This document shows positions 13,266 through 28,991 of a stretch of DNA of 64,000 nucleotides, piece by piece; position 1 is the stretch's first letter; each line of letters starts with the position of its first letter. The stretch is from the NCBI GenBank assembly GCA_020137815.1, contig CM035359.1:2976001-3040000 (forward strand). The letters run 5' to 3'. A program made the translations under genes and the position numbers. The DNA comes from Hormiphora californensis (lineage: Eukaryota > Animalia > Ctenophora). The notes under the pieces are model-generated. The model was not told where the DNA came from and did no database searches. It worked only from the letters and a program-made list of their open reading frames with translations.

Positions 13266-16119
13266 AGGGAGAGTGAGAGAGAATAGAGAAGGAAAGATAG
13301 ATAGCATTATAATCTGAACTAATTTCTATTATATATGGCTTTTGCCACTGACTCTTCTAATTTGGTTTTCTAAAGCAGCATATAACAGAAACTAAAGATC
13401 TTGATAACTTCATATCTGTTCTTCTACACTACCGATCAAGCAGCAACCAAACCACCGAGCCAACTACAAAAGTAAATAGAGCAGACTATATTTATTGAGT
13501 TTAGGGCCTTAATTTTTGAGTTTTAACATACCGATATTTCACTATGCAAATTAGAGGGCCTTAATTTGTGAGTTTTAACATATACCGGTATATCAAACAG
13601 AGAGGGGTCCCCGTGATCATTGCATGTCAAGATTCATTAAGCAATGAAAGAAAGCATAAATAACATGCTAGAATTCACAGAATCTGGACGGTATACACAT
13701 ATATTCCGTATGTTAAACTCTACCGCACAATTCAGTAAATAAGGCTTGGGGTAAATTATATTTACTCTAAACTATAGATCACAAAGAGAATCTAACCGAT
13801 AATTTAATTATCTGCCAGCCTATATAGGAGTCTCCGCAATAATGTGAATGAAAGAGAACGATAGAGAGCTTAAAGAATGGCCCATATGATATAATAGTTG
13901 TTGAGTAACACAATGATATAGTGAATAACAGAGCTATTAAATGAGGTATGTGTCTCTCTCTATATCTCTATATCTCGCTCTCTCTATCTCTCCCTATCGT
14001 TCTCTCCATTCCACTTGATCAGATGGCCGATGGGGGTGAAAGGTAAAGAATGTGTACAAAGAGATATGTGATATGAAGGACTTTAATCTGTAAACGTTTA
14101 GTGGTGAACATGTCGTTAGTTTTGTATAACAATTATAGCAGCGGAATATAGTGATGAGTGGGTCTATAGACTCTAGATTGGTGACACTGACATAGACACC
14201 GTGCGCGACCAAGATTGAGCGGGGGTCACGCCAGGTGTCTATATGTCACCAAGACTCTAGATATTTGTTAACAATAATTATGGTCTAATCACGCGGGAAA
14301 CAGAGTCGAACAAGGCAAGAAGTTATAGCATAAATTGCAGAGAGATCCTCAACAGAATTGTGCATTGCAAAATATTGATTTGACATGTTTCCAGTCTATC
14401 ACATAGACACCACGTGCGATTGCCAGCCTGCATGGTATGGTACATATATTGATAGCTGTTTAAGACGAACTGAGGAAGTATTTAGTGGAAAACTTGTCTA
14501 GAAAGCGGTATATTGACTGACAGGGTTCACATGATGGTTGATGGAAGGGGGAGTCAGGTATTATAGAAGTCATAAGAAATAATAAGAAAGTAGACTTCCT
14601 GCCAACATATATGGTCAGTACATAGCCAACTAAAGTGAAACTATAAATTTAGAAGAAACATCAATAATTCTAACTCAATTGAAATGGGAAACCCTGCAAA
14701 AACACTATCACGTACAAAGTACTACAGAATTGGGTATGTTCACTTTTCTAGAGAAATATGAACTATGATAGCCAGTAGCCACGGTAGCCAACAAATAGGC
14801 ACACAGAGGGTAAATATTATAGTTTCTGGCCGCAATTTCTCGGAATTTTATATTTCTTTCTTGATTGTATTGTCACAATAAGCGGTGAAACTCGTCAAAG
14901 GCGAGGGCTATAAAAATGTGTTGAAATTGTAGTACAACAACAACGTGAACGTGAAGGAATGAACGGGTAAAATGGCCAGGTACTTCTCACTTCTCACTCT
15001 TAAAGCTTTTTGAGGTCCTCTCACTCCCCCTCTTTTCTCTCTCTCTCCCCTCCCCTCCCTCTCCCTCCCACTTTCTCCCTCAAACCTTGGCACCCATACC
15101 CCCATTGACCCCGGAGATAAGCGGGCCCCCAAATTTAGCACGCTCCTCTAATGATATTTACTGGACACGCGATAACAAATGCATATTATTTGGAGCGTGA
15201 TCTGACTCGCATTCAGTGGAATTGGAGGTGTGTTATAGGGGTTTCTGTATTGTTGAGTGAGGGTTTGGACTTTGGGTCTACTGTCGTCTGTCTAGGATCG
15301 TCAGAGCATTGGCATAGGAAGAAAAACCAATACAACATGTTCTTCTTGGTTGTTCTTCCTATGTTTTTCTTGATGTGTTCGAACACAACAAGAAAAGCAC
15401 AACTGCACGAAGAATACTCCATGTAGTGGATCGATTACTCATGAAATGTTCCCATTTAATAGGTGTGTTATGTGTGTGGTCTCTTTGTATTCATACAACT
15501 GTTTGGGGATGCATTTTGTCTACACGAGAGATTCTGAACAAGCTAATGGATGCAACATACCGACTTGCACGGTTCTTATGACACAATTATGTCGCAATGC
15601 AATATATGCACAGAAGCCTGCAGAAAGCAATTACTTATTACATAGGGCAGAAAACTTTGAAGATTGTCCTAAAAATTAAAATGATTTGAGCCTAAATTAT
15701 AGGTATTGAAGTCTCACGCGACAGCTTTGTTCAAATCGCCGCGGTTGAGTATTATAATATCAACCCATACTATTTAACCAATAAACTCGAACTTCAAAAT
15801 CAAGTACCAACTATAGAAAATGCAGTACCAACCAGTTGACAACTTGTGGAATGTTGCTCGTATTTTTATTCAGGGGGAGAGGGCAGTGCTGTCTCATTTG
15901 GTTCAAGATTGACAATGAAGAATGTCTACGAGAAAGTGGTTATGGAAGCTAATGCCAAGATTAAGCACCTAGTCCAACGTACCAAAAAACTCAAAAATGT
16001 ACGTACTACAGTCTACAGTCTAGACTCAAGACTCTAGACTCTATAGAGTCAAGAAACTTAATCATAATCATGTTTGGTCTTGTTTTGTTCATACATATTA
16101 TTATTTTTAGTAACATGGG

Positions 16120-16312
16120 TGCTTGTAGTGAGAATACAGTATCGGTTCAACACGGTGTCAGTGAAAAACGGTAAGACGAGACCAATCAGAGCGCCAGATT
16201 GACAACACGTGACACCGAAATATATATGTATGTATTTCAAATACATATGTATTTCAGAAACCGTAATGGTCAAATACCGTATTATTCAGACACCGTATTC
16301 CCACTACAAGCA
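16120..16312. mobile_element. Short MITE-like element
   Basis: Imperfect TIR TGCTTGTAGTGAGAATAC / GTATTCCCACTACAAGCA; internal CCAATCAG and CACGTG. Confidence 0.5.
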
Positions 16313-17104
16313 GGACTGTTACAGTGTTACACTGTTACGAGTTTGATCCTATTTCCCGGTTTTAAGTTTTGTAATTTTCTAGTCAGTGAAGTTTTATCTT
16401 GTTTCATTATTCACGGAATTGCTCTCTTTCCTCTCTTTTTGGTAAATGTATTATCCTACTGTCAGAACATTGGCCTGCCCCATTTCATTCGCACGAGAAC
16501 CGCGGTCAGAACATTGGCCTGCCAGCGTATATCTCTACATCCCTCGTTCTAGCTTCCCCCAACCACTGTCTTGGGCTGCATCTCCTTTACTAGCTCGTGA
16601 ATTGTAATGAGACGGGTAGAAAAACGTGATAATGCTAATAGCAAGACTCTCTCTCTATGTCTCTCTCTCTCTCTCTCTCTCTGGGCAGGGCTATTCCTCT
16701 CTCCCTCTCTAGGCAGGGCTATCTCGGGTATTATATATTATAGGTTCCCCCGTTAACTCTCTCCCCCCGTTAACTCTCTCCACATTGTTCGGTTGCTTTA
16801 TCCCTCATACTCCTTTACTTTATTTTGTGACTAAGAAGAGAAACTATTGTACGTGATACCCATTGCAGGGATTGCAGATTGCAGAGGTTTAAATGATCTC
16901 TTGACAGTTGACAGGTCAAGATAGTTTTTTATAGCCCACGGCCATCACTAGCGGTGCTGGTGATTGGCCCTTGTGTGCATGGGGGGGGGGGGGGGGTCAC
17001 GCCCATGGAAACCGCTAATATTTTAAATCAAGACATTTTATTTATGATTTTAATACCTTTTCCTCAAACCCCAACCAAACCAAAAATATAACCACAAGTT
17101 TAGA

Positions 17105-17834
17105 ATGATGTTGCTGATTTTTCTGTTCATCCTCCTGTGTGAATCTGCCAGTGGAACGATACAGAGCCGTATACGGGAGGTAACAGCCAAATCGGTATAC
17201 AGGGCCGCTACATCACAGGAACACAGAGCTGAGCACACTATCGATGGTGATCTTAACACAGCTTGGATTTCTGATACAGACAATAAACCTGAATGGCTCA
17301 AACTGGCGCTAGCTGTTGAAGGGTCTAAAGTTGAGAAAGTTGTCATTGTGAACAGGTACCTCTTTATTATTATGATATTGTTGCCTTGCTCGACCCTGTT
17401 TGAAATAAAATAGGTTTAAAATTTAAAGCTTGAAAAAAACAATGATATTGTATAAAACAACCCCCTCTCCCCGTGAACCATAGAATGGGATATCAGCACC
17501 CCGACATTGGATTTGCATTGCTTTGTTTGTACAAAACACCACCCCTCCCCTCCCCAGCGTTGCCTATACTCAAATGGTGACACGACTTCTTGGAACACAA
17601 ATCTCCCTCATTGGAGAAATAACTAACACCACCTGTGGAACTATCGACTCCCTCAACTCTGATTACACCAACCAAACTGCACAGACCTACACCATCCTAT
17701 GTCCTACTACCACAGAACCAACTCTTGCTGTGTTTCTGTACGATAATGTGACGGAGTTGACGTACGACAAGAAAAGGGATTGGATAGTCATGAATGCAGC
17801 AGAAGTGATGGTCTACATAAAATCAAGTGAGTAG
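17105..17834 (+). CDS. Secreted F5/8 type C (discoidin) / F-type-lectin-fold protein; may continue beyond a donor at 17826
   Basis: Signal peptide MMLLIFLFILLCESASG. Exon 1 17105-17355 (AG|GTACC) and exon 2 from 17558 (CCCCAG|) join in phase. Motifs A..TIDGDLNTAWIS, PEWLKL, VEKVVIVN, RLLG, CG.I, TYTILC, AEVMVY. Confidence 0.8.
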
Positions 17835-18001
17835 GATATCTAAACCTGACTGATGAGACTGATTTTCTATACGCACCCAAACCTAACGACAAGCTGACAT
17901 TGATTAACTGTCAACTGACCCTCAATGCCACGCAACTCACCCAACCTCACACCCCACAAAAAGAATTTAACTTAGATATGAATAAACCTGTCCTCAATAC
18001 C

Positions 18002-18085
18002 TTGGTGACGCGGCCACCCCTACACTGGCGGCGCGAAGCGCGGCAAAACGAAGCCCGCAAACATAATAGGGGATGGCATCACCAA
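18002..18085. mobile_element. Mutator-like MITE (9-bp TSD)
   Basis: TTGGTGACGC...GCATCACCAA; TSD CTCAATACC on both sides; same family as 3145-3247. Confidence 0.8.
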
Positions 18086-18195
18086 CTCAATACCCCATCC
18101 GATACAAAAACAAATCTTGCTCGTTAAAGCTCTAAAAAAAATTATAAATTACACGTAAAACTACCTGTGCGATGAAAGAAAGAAGGAGATAGCGA

Positions 18196-18269
<74 letters not shown>

Positions 18270-18277
18270 GTATATTA

Positions 18278-18309
<32 letters not shown>

Positions 18310-19683
18310 TATCAGTGCTTATAATTAGCGGTTAAATCACCACTGATCGATCAGTTTGGCAACGAGTACTACTGCACGTGCTCCAAGCTCATTAGCACTT
18401 AGATAACACACTCCACGCTAAGGGAGGAGCCATGGGGAGAGTGGGGAAGATAGATACCTCTATATTGATAGAGGGATTAATATATAGATAGAGGGGGTTG
18501 GGAATAGCTTGATATAGAGGGGTCTTTGCTAAATGCTCAGTCACCTCAGTCCATGCAGGCCATGTATAATAACAACAACACAAGGCTACGTTGTTTCAAT
18601 TTACTGCAAACCTGCCAGTGCTGAATCCTTCGAGAACATTCGCCGCGACAAACAATCATGGACACCATATTGGAATAAATACTCATTCATGACTCAGACT
18701 GTGCAGTTATCAGGAATTATAAGACTTGTAGGGAGACGTGGGAGGATTGGAAATGATTACCAAATATGCTATAGATGCAGGTGAATTAGGTAATGTGGGG
18801 TGTTGTGTGCTATGAAATAATAGCGAACAGGCCTACTCCAGAAAGTACTGCAATTTTAGAGTAGATAATCAAGATTATCAGTTTGTTGTAGCCACATGTA
18901 TATCAACACGGTTAAAAAGTGTGCCAATTTACTGGCTGTACTATTGCCAATTACAATGTAACTTATTGTAACTATGGAGCCAATATCATCGAATCTACTG
19001 CACGTTTGATTACTTGGTGATTTTAACTGCATTATAATCGTATCTAGACGTCTTATCGAAGAAATCACGCACACGCGTGTCAAAGGCAAATAAATGCTAT
19101 CGAGGCACGCATTTTTTGGTCTGCAAATACCGCCCTTTAGGTGGGGGGGGGGGGTACTAACAAGGTTAGTATGTAATATGAGATAAAACAACAAGCCACA
19201 ATTTCTGAGAAGTAAACAGGTCAAAACTTGGGGGTTTGGTAGAGAGCTAGAGAGTAGAGATAAAACATTATATATTCTGGAGATTTCAACAGGAAGGATA
19301 ACAACTAGCAAGAACGGAATGACGGCAATAATATTATATCTACCCGTAATTTTGCTAATTGTACAGGAATATATTCATCGTTGAACTTCTGATCTTGTTT
19401 CAATATATAAGATTCGTATAAGAGCTGAGATATATATTGGTTGAACTCCTGATCTCCTGTGGGATATTTATCCAAGAGATGATCTTTCTTACGAACACTG
19501 ACAAACATGATCACTGATCAGTAGATGAAGATATGATGGAGCCCCCTCAAGCCCCCTCATGATCATGATGTTCGTGAAATATTATCTCTCTTCTCAGCTC
19601 CATACTACAAGATTGATGTTTACAGTTTAGACCACTCATTTTAATTTTCTGACCTTGAGGTACTGCACAGTTTGTGTTGACTT

Positions 19684-19755
<72 letters not shown>

Positions 19756-20050
19756 TCTCTCGTTTAGTTTGCACGTGTACAAGAGTGGTTTGCGTCAACA
19801 AATCTTAATCAGGGCAGACAAATTGGAATGATATGATATCCCTCACAGGATAGTATCTCTCACTTTCTCACTCACGGTGAGTCTCACCCTCCCCAACCTC
19901 TCTCCTCTCTCTCTCTCTCTTTCTCATTCTCCTCATCATCTCTCCTCGCTCTTCCAAGCTCCCACTCTCTTTCTTTCTTTCTCCCTCTCTTTTTTTCTTT
20001 CTCTAACCTATCCTTATCCTCCTCAATTTTGAAGATTGATCTTTCGTAGC

Positions 20051-20181
20051 TACAGTCGGACCCCGATTTATCGGGAGGATAAACTTCCCCCAATATAGGA
20101 AATTAATAGTATTTGACCCCAATTATATATAATGGGCAGACCCCTTTCCCCCCGAACATCCCGGTAAATCGAGGTCCGACG
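20051..20181. mobile_element. Tc1/mariner-type MITE (TA-CAGT terminus)
   Basis: TACAGTCGGACCCCGATTTA...TAAATCGAGGTCCGAC; relatives at 27205-27289 and ~37943-38055. Confidence 0.65.
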
Positions 20182-20409
20182 GAATATCGTCAATTCGTTC
20201 GCCCCGTCAAGGTCTTTAGTTTCTCAAGTCTCACTCAACGTCTGATATCCTTTTCTGTCTCAGTTAATCCCTCCCTCGCAATTCTAACAATATCCTAATG
20301 CATATGATATAGGCTAAACTTTCTATAATGCCTGAATAAAAAATGCATATTATATACGGATACCCGAGACTGAAAGAAAGTGCGAAAAGAGATGAATTTC
20401 GATGGATTT

Positions 20410-20878
<469 letters not shown>

Positions 20879-21326
20879 GAAACAATAGATGAGCTCTGAA
20901 GCGGAAAGCTATGAAATAATGAAGGGCTTGAATCAAACTTTGAAGCACATTTCACTGCCACATGAAAAAGGCACAACGAAAAAGAGAGAAGAGAAAAAGG
21001 CACGAAAGATCAAGACTTCTTTCACTGCCAATTTTTGTTTGCAACGGAAAGGGGGGCTCTCGCTATCCCCCTTGTAATATTTGATACTTTGAGTGAGAAG
21101 TGCATAAAAACTAGTATGAGAGAAAAAGTGTGTGTGTGTATTTTGACCTGATGGACTTAAACCTGTATCCGGCTACCTGTTCAAGCACTGCAAATGGATG
21201 GAAACACCTACTCAGCAATCAACCCTCGCAGCAAATCAGATAAACCTGTCGTTTTTATTGTCAGTTACTGTCCCTGTGATTGTTCTAGATTATTTTATAG
21301 GTATGTCGCGAGTTAGTAAGCTATTC

Positions 21327-21510
21327 TCAGTCAGTCAGTCAGTCAGTCAGTCAGTCAGTCAGTCAGTCAGTCAGTCAGTCAGTCAGTCAGTCAGTCAGTC
21401 AGTCAGTCAGTCAGTCAGTCAGTCAGTCAGTCAGTCTAGTCAGTCAGTCTATCACTCAGTCAATCACTCAGTCAATCACTCAGTCAATCACTCAGTCAAT
21501 CACTCAGTCA
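21327..21510. repeat. (TCAG)n microsatellite grading into a 12-bp (TCAATCACTCAG)n repeat
   Basis: Direct tandem repeats. Confidence 0.95.
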
Positions 21511-22441
21511 CGCAGTGTATTATGAATATGATTTCTTCATTTATATTTCTTCTGTATAGTGTCATTAAGCACTTAGATTTTCATCCCCATAGTACTCCTT
21601 CCTAGTTAGCTTCCCCGTTTCACCCCGGCTACATCGTTCTTTTTATCAGTTTCTGGGAGGTGTGTGCCTCTATATATGCTTCCCCTCGCCACGGCCACTA
21701 TTTTATTGTTTTCATTTCTAGGCTGGACCTCTCCTCAGTTCCCTCTGCCTCAGTCCCTACTTTCAAAGCAGGCGCTAGGCATGTTTCGTTCCTTCCGCTT
21801 CAATCATGGATCGGGTCATTGATTGCTTATTCCTCATATCTCCTTCCCGCCACTATTCCTTTCCGGTGTTCGCCCCCTAGGTGCCTGCTAGTCTGCAAGA
21901 TTGGCACGTGACCTTCGGTGTTTAATTTATAGAGAGAGTTTTGTTTATAAACAGGTATGGGTCAGCGTGGGAAAGGGAGGTGCCATTTTCATAGAGTAGG
22001 TAGTCGAGGGGTCTCGTTATAGATTACTGACCCGCTTACAATACTTTTTTCAGGCAAGAATATTCTATCATTATGATAGTATCATATTTCAGGTGTCTAC
22101 CACTTCTCATATCAGTAATACCTTTCTGTACATGCGCAGGGCATAACTCCCGAGTGGAGAACCATTCATTGCACCCCCACCCCCATTCTCATTTTTAGGT
22201 ACGACAGCAGAAATTCACAAATCATGATTCAACTTTCAGGTCACCCTTATTCTAATCTCTCGGTTCTCTAGCTCATCCTTGCACTTAGGTCCCTGCTCTC
22301 TACTTTATCTCTCCCTTTCTCTCTTTTAGAATTTCGGGTATGCCTCTTCTCACGCAGTTTCCCCGTGGCAGTCTTCTATAGTCGTTGTTTTGGCTATTCC
22401 CTAATTGCAATTATTCCCTTTTCTTCTTATTCTTTAGTTCT

Positions 22442-23392
<951 letters not shown>

Positions 23393-25393
23393 CGCTATTG
23401 ACAGTCCGTCAATGGGAGCCAGCCGGGATGTTTGTCCTTTAAGTATGCATTTCATGTGTATTTATAAACTCTATCTTTCTTAATCGATCCTCCTTCTCTC
23501 TATCCTCCTCTCTGTCCTGATCTACTCTCTCCTTCTCTCTCTCTCAGCTCTTTCTAACTCTATATCTTTACCCCTTGAGCTTAACCATTCTTCACGAACA
23601 CTATCAAATCGCACGATCAGCACACGGCTATCACTCCCGTCGCCACACACGAACACATACATGCTTTGGTCACGAACATTTTGACCCTGCTTCCACACCC
23701 TGCTTTCAACTAGTCTCTAAGGTTGTCGTCATATGCTACGTCAAGAAGTCCAGTTGACTACATACTGCAAGCTTTACTGTCAGTGATTGGGCAACAGAAT
23801 TGCATAGAGCACCCGAGATTGGGTGTTCGCAGTATACGGTTAATACCGGTTTCAACTGGATGGCTGCAGAGATGATATCCGTCAAACTCCACCTCACATG
23901 TATGATGTATAGACGCTGTCAGACTTAGCCCGCCTGACCTGCCTTCGTGATTGAAGCAAATAGGGTCAGGCAATTGCCTGACAGGGTTCACATGATGAGG
24001 TAGGGGGGTGACAGATATAGGAACGATGAAGACATGAAAAAAAAAAAAAAAAAAAGGCACGAAAGATCTTTAATATATCTAACATTATGTGTGTAAACAG
24101 TAAAGGAATTCGGCCCCAGGGAGATGAATCATAAATGTAAAATGTAATGATACCGACGCGAGAAGAAGAAGGACAAGGGAATGAACTGAAAAAAAGGAAA
24201 ACTAATTCGACATCGGACATTCCGCGTCTATCAGTATAATATCCATGCTGTAGAAACCATAGCGGGCAGTGAATCTTTGGTAAACTCTCCCTCTCTTTCT
24301 TCTCTCTCCCTCTCTTTCTTCTCTCTTTTCGTCTAGCACGGCCTAACACCCACAGACACGCGGAATAAAAAGAGGAAGACACAATGCCATATCTCCCCGT
24401 AGCTGTAGACGAAGGACTGGGTTGGTCTGCAGGCTCTATGCAATAATAATTTAGATTGAGTTTTGTCTTCAAGATGTATTCCAGAGAAAAGTTCATTTCT
24501 CACAAACCACGTCTTCTATCTCAGATGTTTGAACTGCGAGAGAGAGAGCAATTGACTCTTTATGATATATGAAATTGGGGCGAACTAACTGACCGAATAA
24601 GATACAGCTTTCCAAGCAAGCGGTTACCATGGTTACCATGCGGTTACATGTAGATGAGAAAACAGTATTTTCAACTTTATCCATCATTCAATGATGAGAA
24701 CAACGTATTTCCAACTTTATATCGGACATTCAATTCAAACTACAGCTTTGTGTGAACACAAAAATAGCTTATTTATCATGGTGTGCCTGGTGAAACTTCA
24801 AAACCAGCTAACATGCTACGGGAAACCAACACTTGTACGTGGTAGCTGAGGGTTTACAGAATGGTGCTACGGTCCATTAAAAAATAATTAAAAAACGTCA
24901 CTGCAAGAGATATTGTACTGTTGTACTGTCTATAGCAAATGGGCATACATCAGTCAAAGAGAATTTCTGCAAACTCGACTGTACCACCCTCCCCCTCGCT
25001 GTTTGTGACAGTAAACTGTGGTAGTGGATCAGTCACTTCATGCCTCTCTCTCTCACTTTTAAACAGCCGAATAGAAGCTGCTGAAATAGTAAAATAATGC
25101 TAAACCGGCATTACATATATTATATCGTTTACAATCCTGCATCTTTCTAGGTATTATAATTGCTTTACGACACCCCCAAACGGCACATATCTTGAATAAG
25201 ATTACACATGAGATATTACACATGAGGGATGATTCAGAGAGAAACCATATAATTTGTCTCATTTTCTATCTCTTTCCTCCAGCCTCTCCCTTTTTAACCA
25301 TTTAGTTAAATCTTCGTTTCAGTCGAGGATACCTGTGCATGTCATATAGTTTTAGCTTTCTGTAATATCTAAATTGTAATATCTAAATTGTAA

Positions 25394-25828
25394 TAGGCCA
25401 GTTTCGACCCCCGTGAAATATTTCAAGCATCGACATTCTGAAATGTACACAATCTCAGCTTTCCAATGCGCCCACGCTCATGCTTCAACTCCATCGGGAA
25501 CCGCTGCCAAAATCGCTAATTGTAATTGGCCAATTAGATCACGCGCGAGCTCAAATTACTTCCTGTCAGCTCTCTCTGAACTTCAGAACTTTAATCTGGA
25601 CGCCGTGGTGAGTCTCCGGGATTGGTTCAGTGATTTGGTGCTGTTTAGAAGAATGTTCAGGAAGTAATTTGAGCCGCGTGTGCGCTAATTGGCTAATTAC
25701 AATTAGCGATTTTGGCAGCGGTTCCCGATGGAGTTGAAGCATGAGCGTGGGCGCATTGGAAAGCTGAGATTGTGTACATTTCAGAATGTCGATGCTTGAA
25801 ATATTTCACGGGGGTCGAAACTGGCCTA
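25394..25828. mobile_element. hAT-type foldback MITE, 435 bp, ~170-bp arms
   Basis: TAGGCCAGTTTCGACCCCCGTG... / ...CACGGGGGTCGAAACTGGCCTA; 8-bp TSD AATTGTAA; inserted in a 14-bp tandem repeat. Confidence 0.9.
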
Positions 25829-26924
25829 AATTGTAATATCTAAATTGTAATATCTAAACTGTAATATTTAAACTGTAATATCTATCTGATACCAGGATCT
25901 ATCTGGGAGATTTCTGGTAAACCACGCTGGGCGAATTGCACGGAGTTCATTTCCACGTGTGAATTGCATTGAAAGTTATATAGCACTGAAGATAATCTCA
26001 AAGGGTGCAGGGGATCCTTTTCACATCTTTTATAGTCAAGCCGGGTTTATTTCTGCCCAAAGAGTAGTATTGTACGGCAAATTTAAAGTGAAAGTCGGGG
26101 AAAAGACCCAGGGAAATCGATTTGTGCATAACGAATCATGTGCTTATTTTCCAGATAATAGGCGGTGTTTTCTACTGATACAGCTATAGGTTCTAGTTTG
26201 TAAGTTCCAAGAGAATTAGTACTAAGATTCTAAAGGACGGATGTTTATTATTATTAGTACCTGGGCGCTATAAGTCATATTATATCGACCGATTAATAAG
26301 ATGTTGACATATTCAGCCAGCACCTCGCAAATAAAAAGAGAACAACTATAACTACACTTTTTGCTATATCTGGACTAAACACTATTATATAGCTCCATGT
26401 ACGAGGTTTTTAGAACGAGACACCATTTTACAACCATATATGCAGTTAAACATGAACACGGTAACCATAGTAACCATAGTAATAACCATGGTTGATTGGT
26501 TGAATGCATGAACATATATGTTCATGTTTAGCCACTATCGTATTATGGTTACCATGTTCAACCATGCAATATGCATGCAGTTATGTAGTAGCTAAATCAT
26601 CTCGACACCTATCAGAACATTAGGATTTAGGAATGACTCTATTCTCATTTCTTTCAAATAAGGTGTGCACAAGAACTGTGCAGTCAGAGCATGCTCGAGC
26701 ATTGGTCAGACAGCTCGACACTCTAATTATTTCAATCTTCTTGTATATCGCTCAACTTAAACTGACTCAGGCAGACAGCTGTGGGAACATAATTTGACCA
26801 ATGATTGGTAATTATCAGTAATAATTGGTAATTATCAGTGCATGGTTAGAGATAGGATGCAGATTGCAGGTAGTATTACAGATTAGTTTAGAACAAAAAT
26901 GTCAAATGACAGAGTGACGGAATG

Positions 26925-27019
26925 TTGGTAACGCAGTTCCCCCTACATTGCGGGCAAGCTAAAACGTGCCTTACTATCGCAATGCCCTATGTAGGGCAGA
27001 GGGGTAACTTCGTTACCAA
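26925..27019. mobile_element. Mutator-like MITE (9-bp TSD)
   Basis: TTGGTAACGCAGTT...AACTTCGTTACCAA; TSD GACGGAATG. Confidence 0.8.
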
Positions 27020-27204
27020 GACGGAATGTGAGATACTACGAAATGCAGTTTCTTACTAAAGCGCTTTTTAGTACTATGTAGTAGTCACTATGTCAGAATG
27101 TAGGCATGCGGTATTCAGCTAGCGGACTGTATGGAGATCAGATCCATACGTATGCCGTATTAACACCTCGACCTTAGCTATCCAACTCACCAACCCAAGC
27201 TATA

Positions 27205-27289
27205 CAGTCAGACCCTGATATACCGGGATGCAAAGGGGAAATGATTTTCTCCGGTAAATTGGGGTGCCCGGTAAATCGTGGTCGGATTG
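27205..27289. mobile_element. Tc1/mariner-type MITE
   Basis: TA|CAGTCAGACCC...GGTCGGATTG|TA with imperfect TIRs. Confidence 0.7.
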
Positions 27290-28039
27290 TATGTGAAGCC
27301 TGCATGATGTGCTTCAATAAAACTTTACACGCATGACTCCGCATGAGTTCTCTCTCCCAAGAGGGATTCGCTGATCATTGAAGTTTACCATAATGCGACA
27401 CATGCATATCCGGCCATGATTTGAGTTATAACATTAGACACAAGAGATGCAGTCGAGATAATTAATTTATTACAAGGCATGCCACGCGTTATATATAACG
27501 ATCATTTGACATGTGCTTCTCTGTAAATATAGAATTTGTTTGGCTACATAGTTTGCCAACAATTACAATACATATGTAACAAAATGAGATGGACGGTCCA
27601 CCACGCAAATATAATATTTGTAATTGTAAAAATATAACAAACAATCTCACGATGCAAATGAGCATATATAACTTTTGGGCGTCATTTCGTCAACCTATAG
27701 AGCTGTATAATAACTCTCACATTTCTCTTCAACCTATAGATCGCTGTATAATAACTCTCACATTTCAATATTTCATGTTGTGACGTCACAAAGTTCATGA
27801 TCCTAATTACAACATGATCCTAATTACAACATGATCCTAATTACACCATTTACATGTGAGTTAGCGGCAGCTCATCATGGAGTCCATGAGTTATGGACTC
27901 CATGACTCCATGGACTCCAAGACTCCATGAGTCATGGAAGAGTTACAAATTGGAGTTCCGAAAACCTCCCTGGCGGCGCACCGAGCTAATCTGAACACGT
28001 AGCGGGGTAGGAGAGGCAATTAACGAACAACAAATGCAC

Positions 28040-28148
28040 CAGGAACCGACCGAATCGGGAAATACTGGCCCCTGATTGGCTGATAACCAGTCACGTGACC
28101 TGAATAACGAGTTATGATTGGTTGTTTACTTGTTTCGGTCGGTTCCTG
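28040..28148. mobile_element. hAT-type 109-bp MITE
   Basis: TIR CAGGAACCGACCGAA; 8-bp TSD AAATGCAC. Confidence 0.92.
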
Positions 28149-28400
28149 AAATGCACATTACCAGCTGTAATTACATGTGTGAGGCACACATTTTATTTGC
28201 GTTTACCACGCTAAATTTATAGGTCTCATATTATTGGGGTGGTTTACCACGCTATAGGTCTCATATTATTGGGGTGGTAAAGTCCATTTACCACGCTATA
28301 GGTCTCACATTATTAATATTAGGGTGGTAAAGTCCGTTATTTGCGGTTTTGGTGAAGACTGAAGGACAATTATTTTAACAATTGTGCTCCAGATATTTAT

Positions 28401-28991
28401 TAGGCTGTCCAGTATTGATTGTCGTTGGGCTTTTATCGAAAAATGGTTTGAGATAGAGCAAAATGGACTTCACCACCGTTTTTCTCATGCGATTTTAGAT
28501 CGGAATATGATGCCTGATACTGGTATTTGGTTGTTCTCGGTTCCCACCAGGCTATTTCCTCTACGCCACTCTTTTTGCTACTGCACGGGGTTACCAATGA
28601 TTTTAAACGCTGCTGGAAGAAAATTGGTACGGTTTCTTAAGCTCCCGTAGTGCTCAATCGATAGACAATCGTTTAAGGATGATATATGTATGCGATTTGG
28701 GTCTCTAAGCGTTCACTTATAACCTCTAGAACAGTAAATGTATCATGAAAAAGCGAAAAAGTGCATACAAAAACTGGCCCGTTTTTGAAAACGTCAATTA
28801 GTCACTTTAAAAGTCAACCAATCACATAATTGGCTTCACTACGTCTTAGAGCTTACTTAGAACTATCTTTTACTGCAGAGTTATTTATTACAAGTCAAGC
28901 CTGATGAGAAAAACGGTGGTGAAGTCTATTTTGCTCTATCTCAAACCATTGTCTCATAAAAGCCCAACGACAATCAATACTGGACAGCCTA
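28401..28991. mobile_element. Non-autonomous DNA transposon with ~88-bp TIRs (TAGG termini)
   Basis: TAGGCTGTCCAGTATTGATTGTCGTTGGGC... and its reverse complement ending ...CTGGACAGCCTA; TSD imperfect (ATATTTAT/ATATTACT). Confidence 0.8.

Noticed and set aside
18533-19514. Possible further exons of the lectin-fold gene
   Set aside because: No recognisable domain and no convincing phase-matched acceptor.
23758-24060. Cys/His-rich 100-aa ORF
   Set aside because: No coherent zinc-finger or domain pattern; it starts in a poly-T run.
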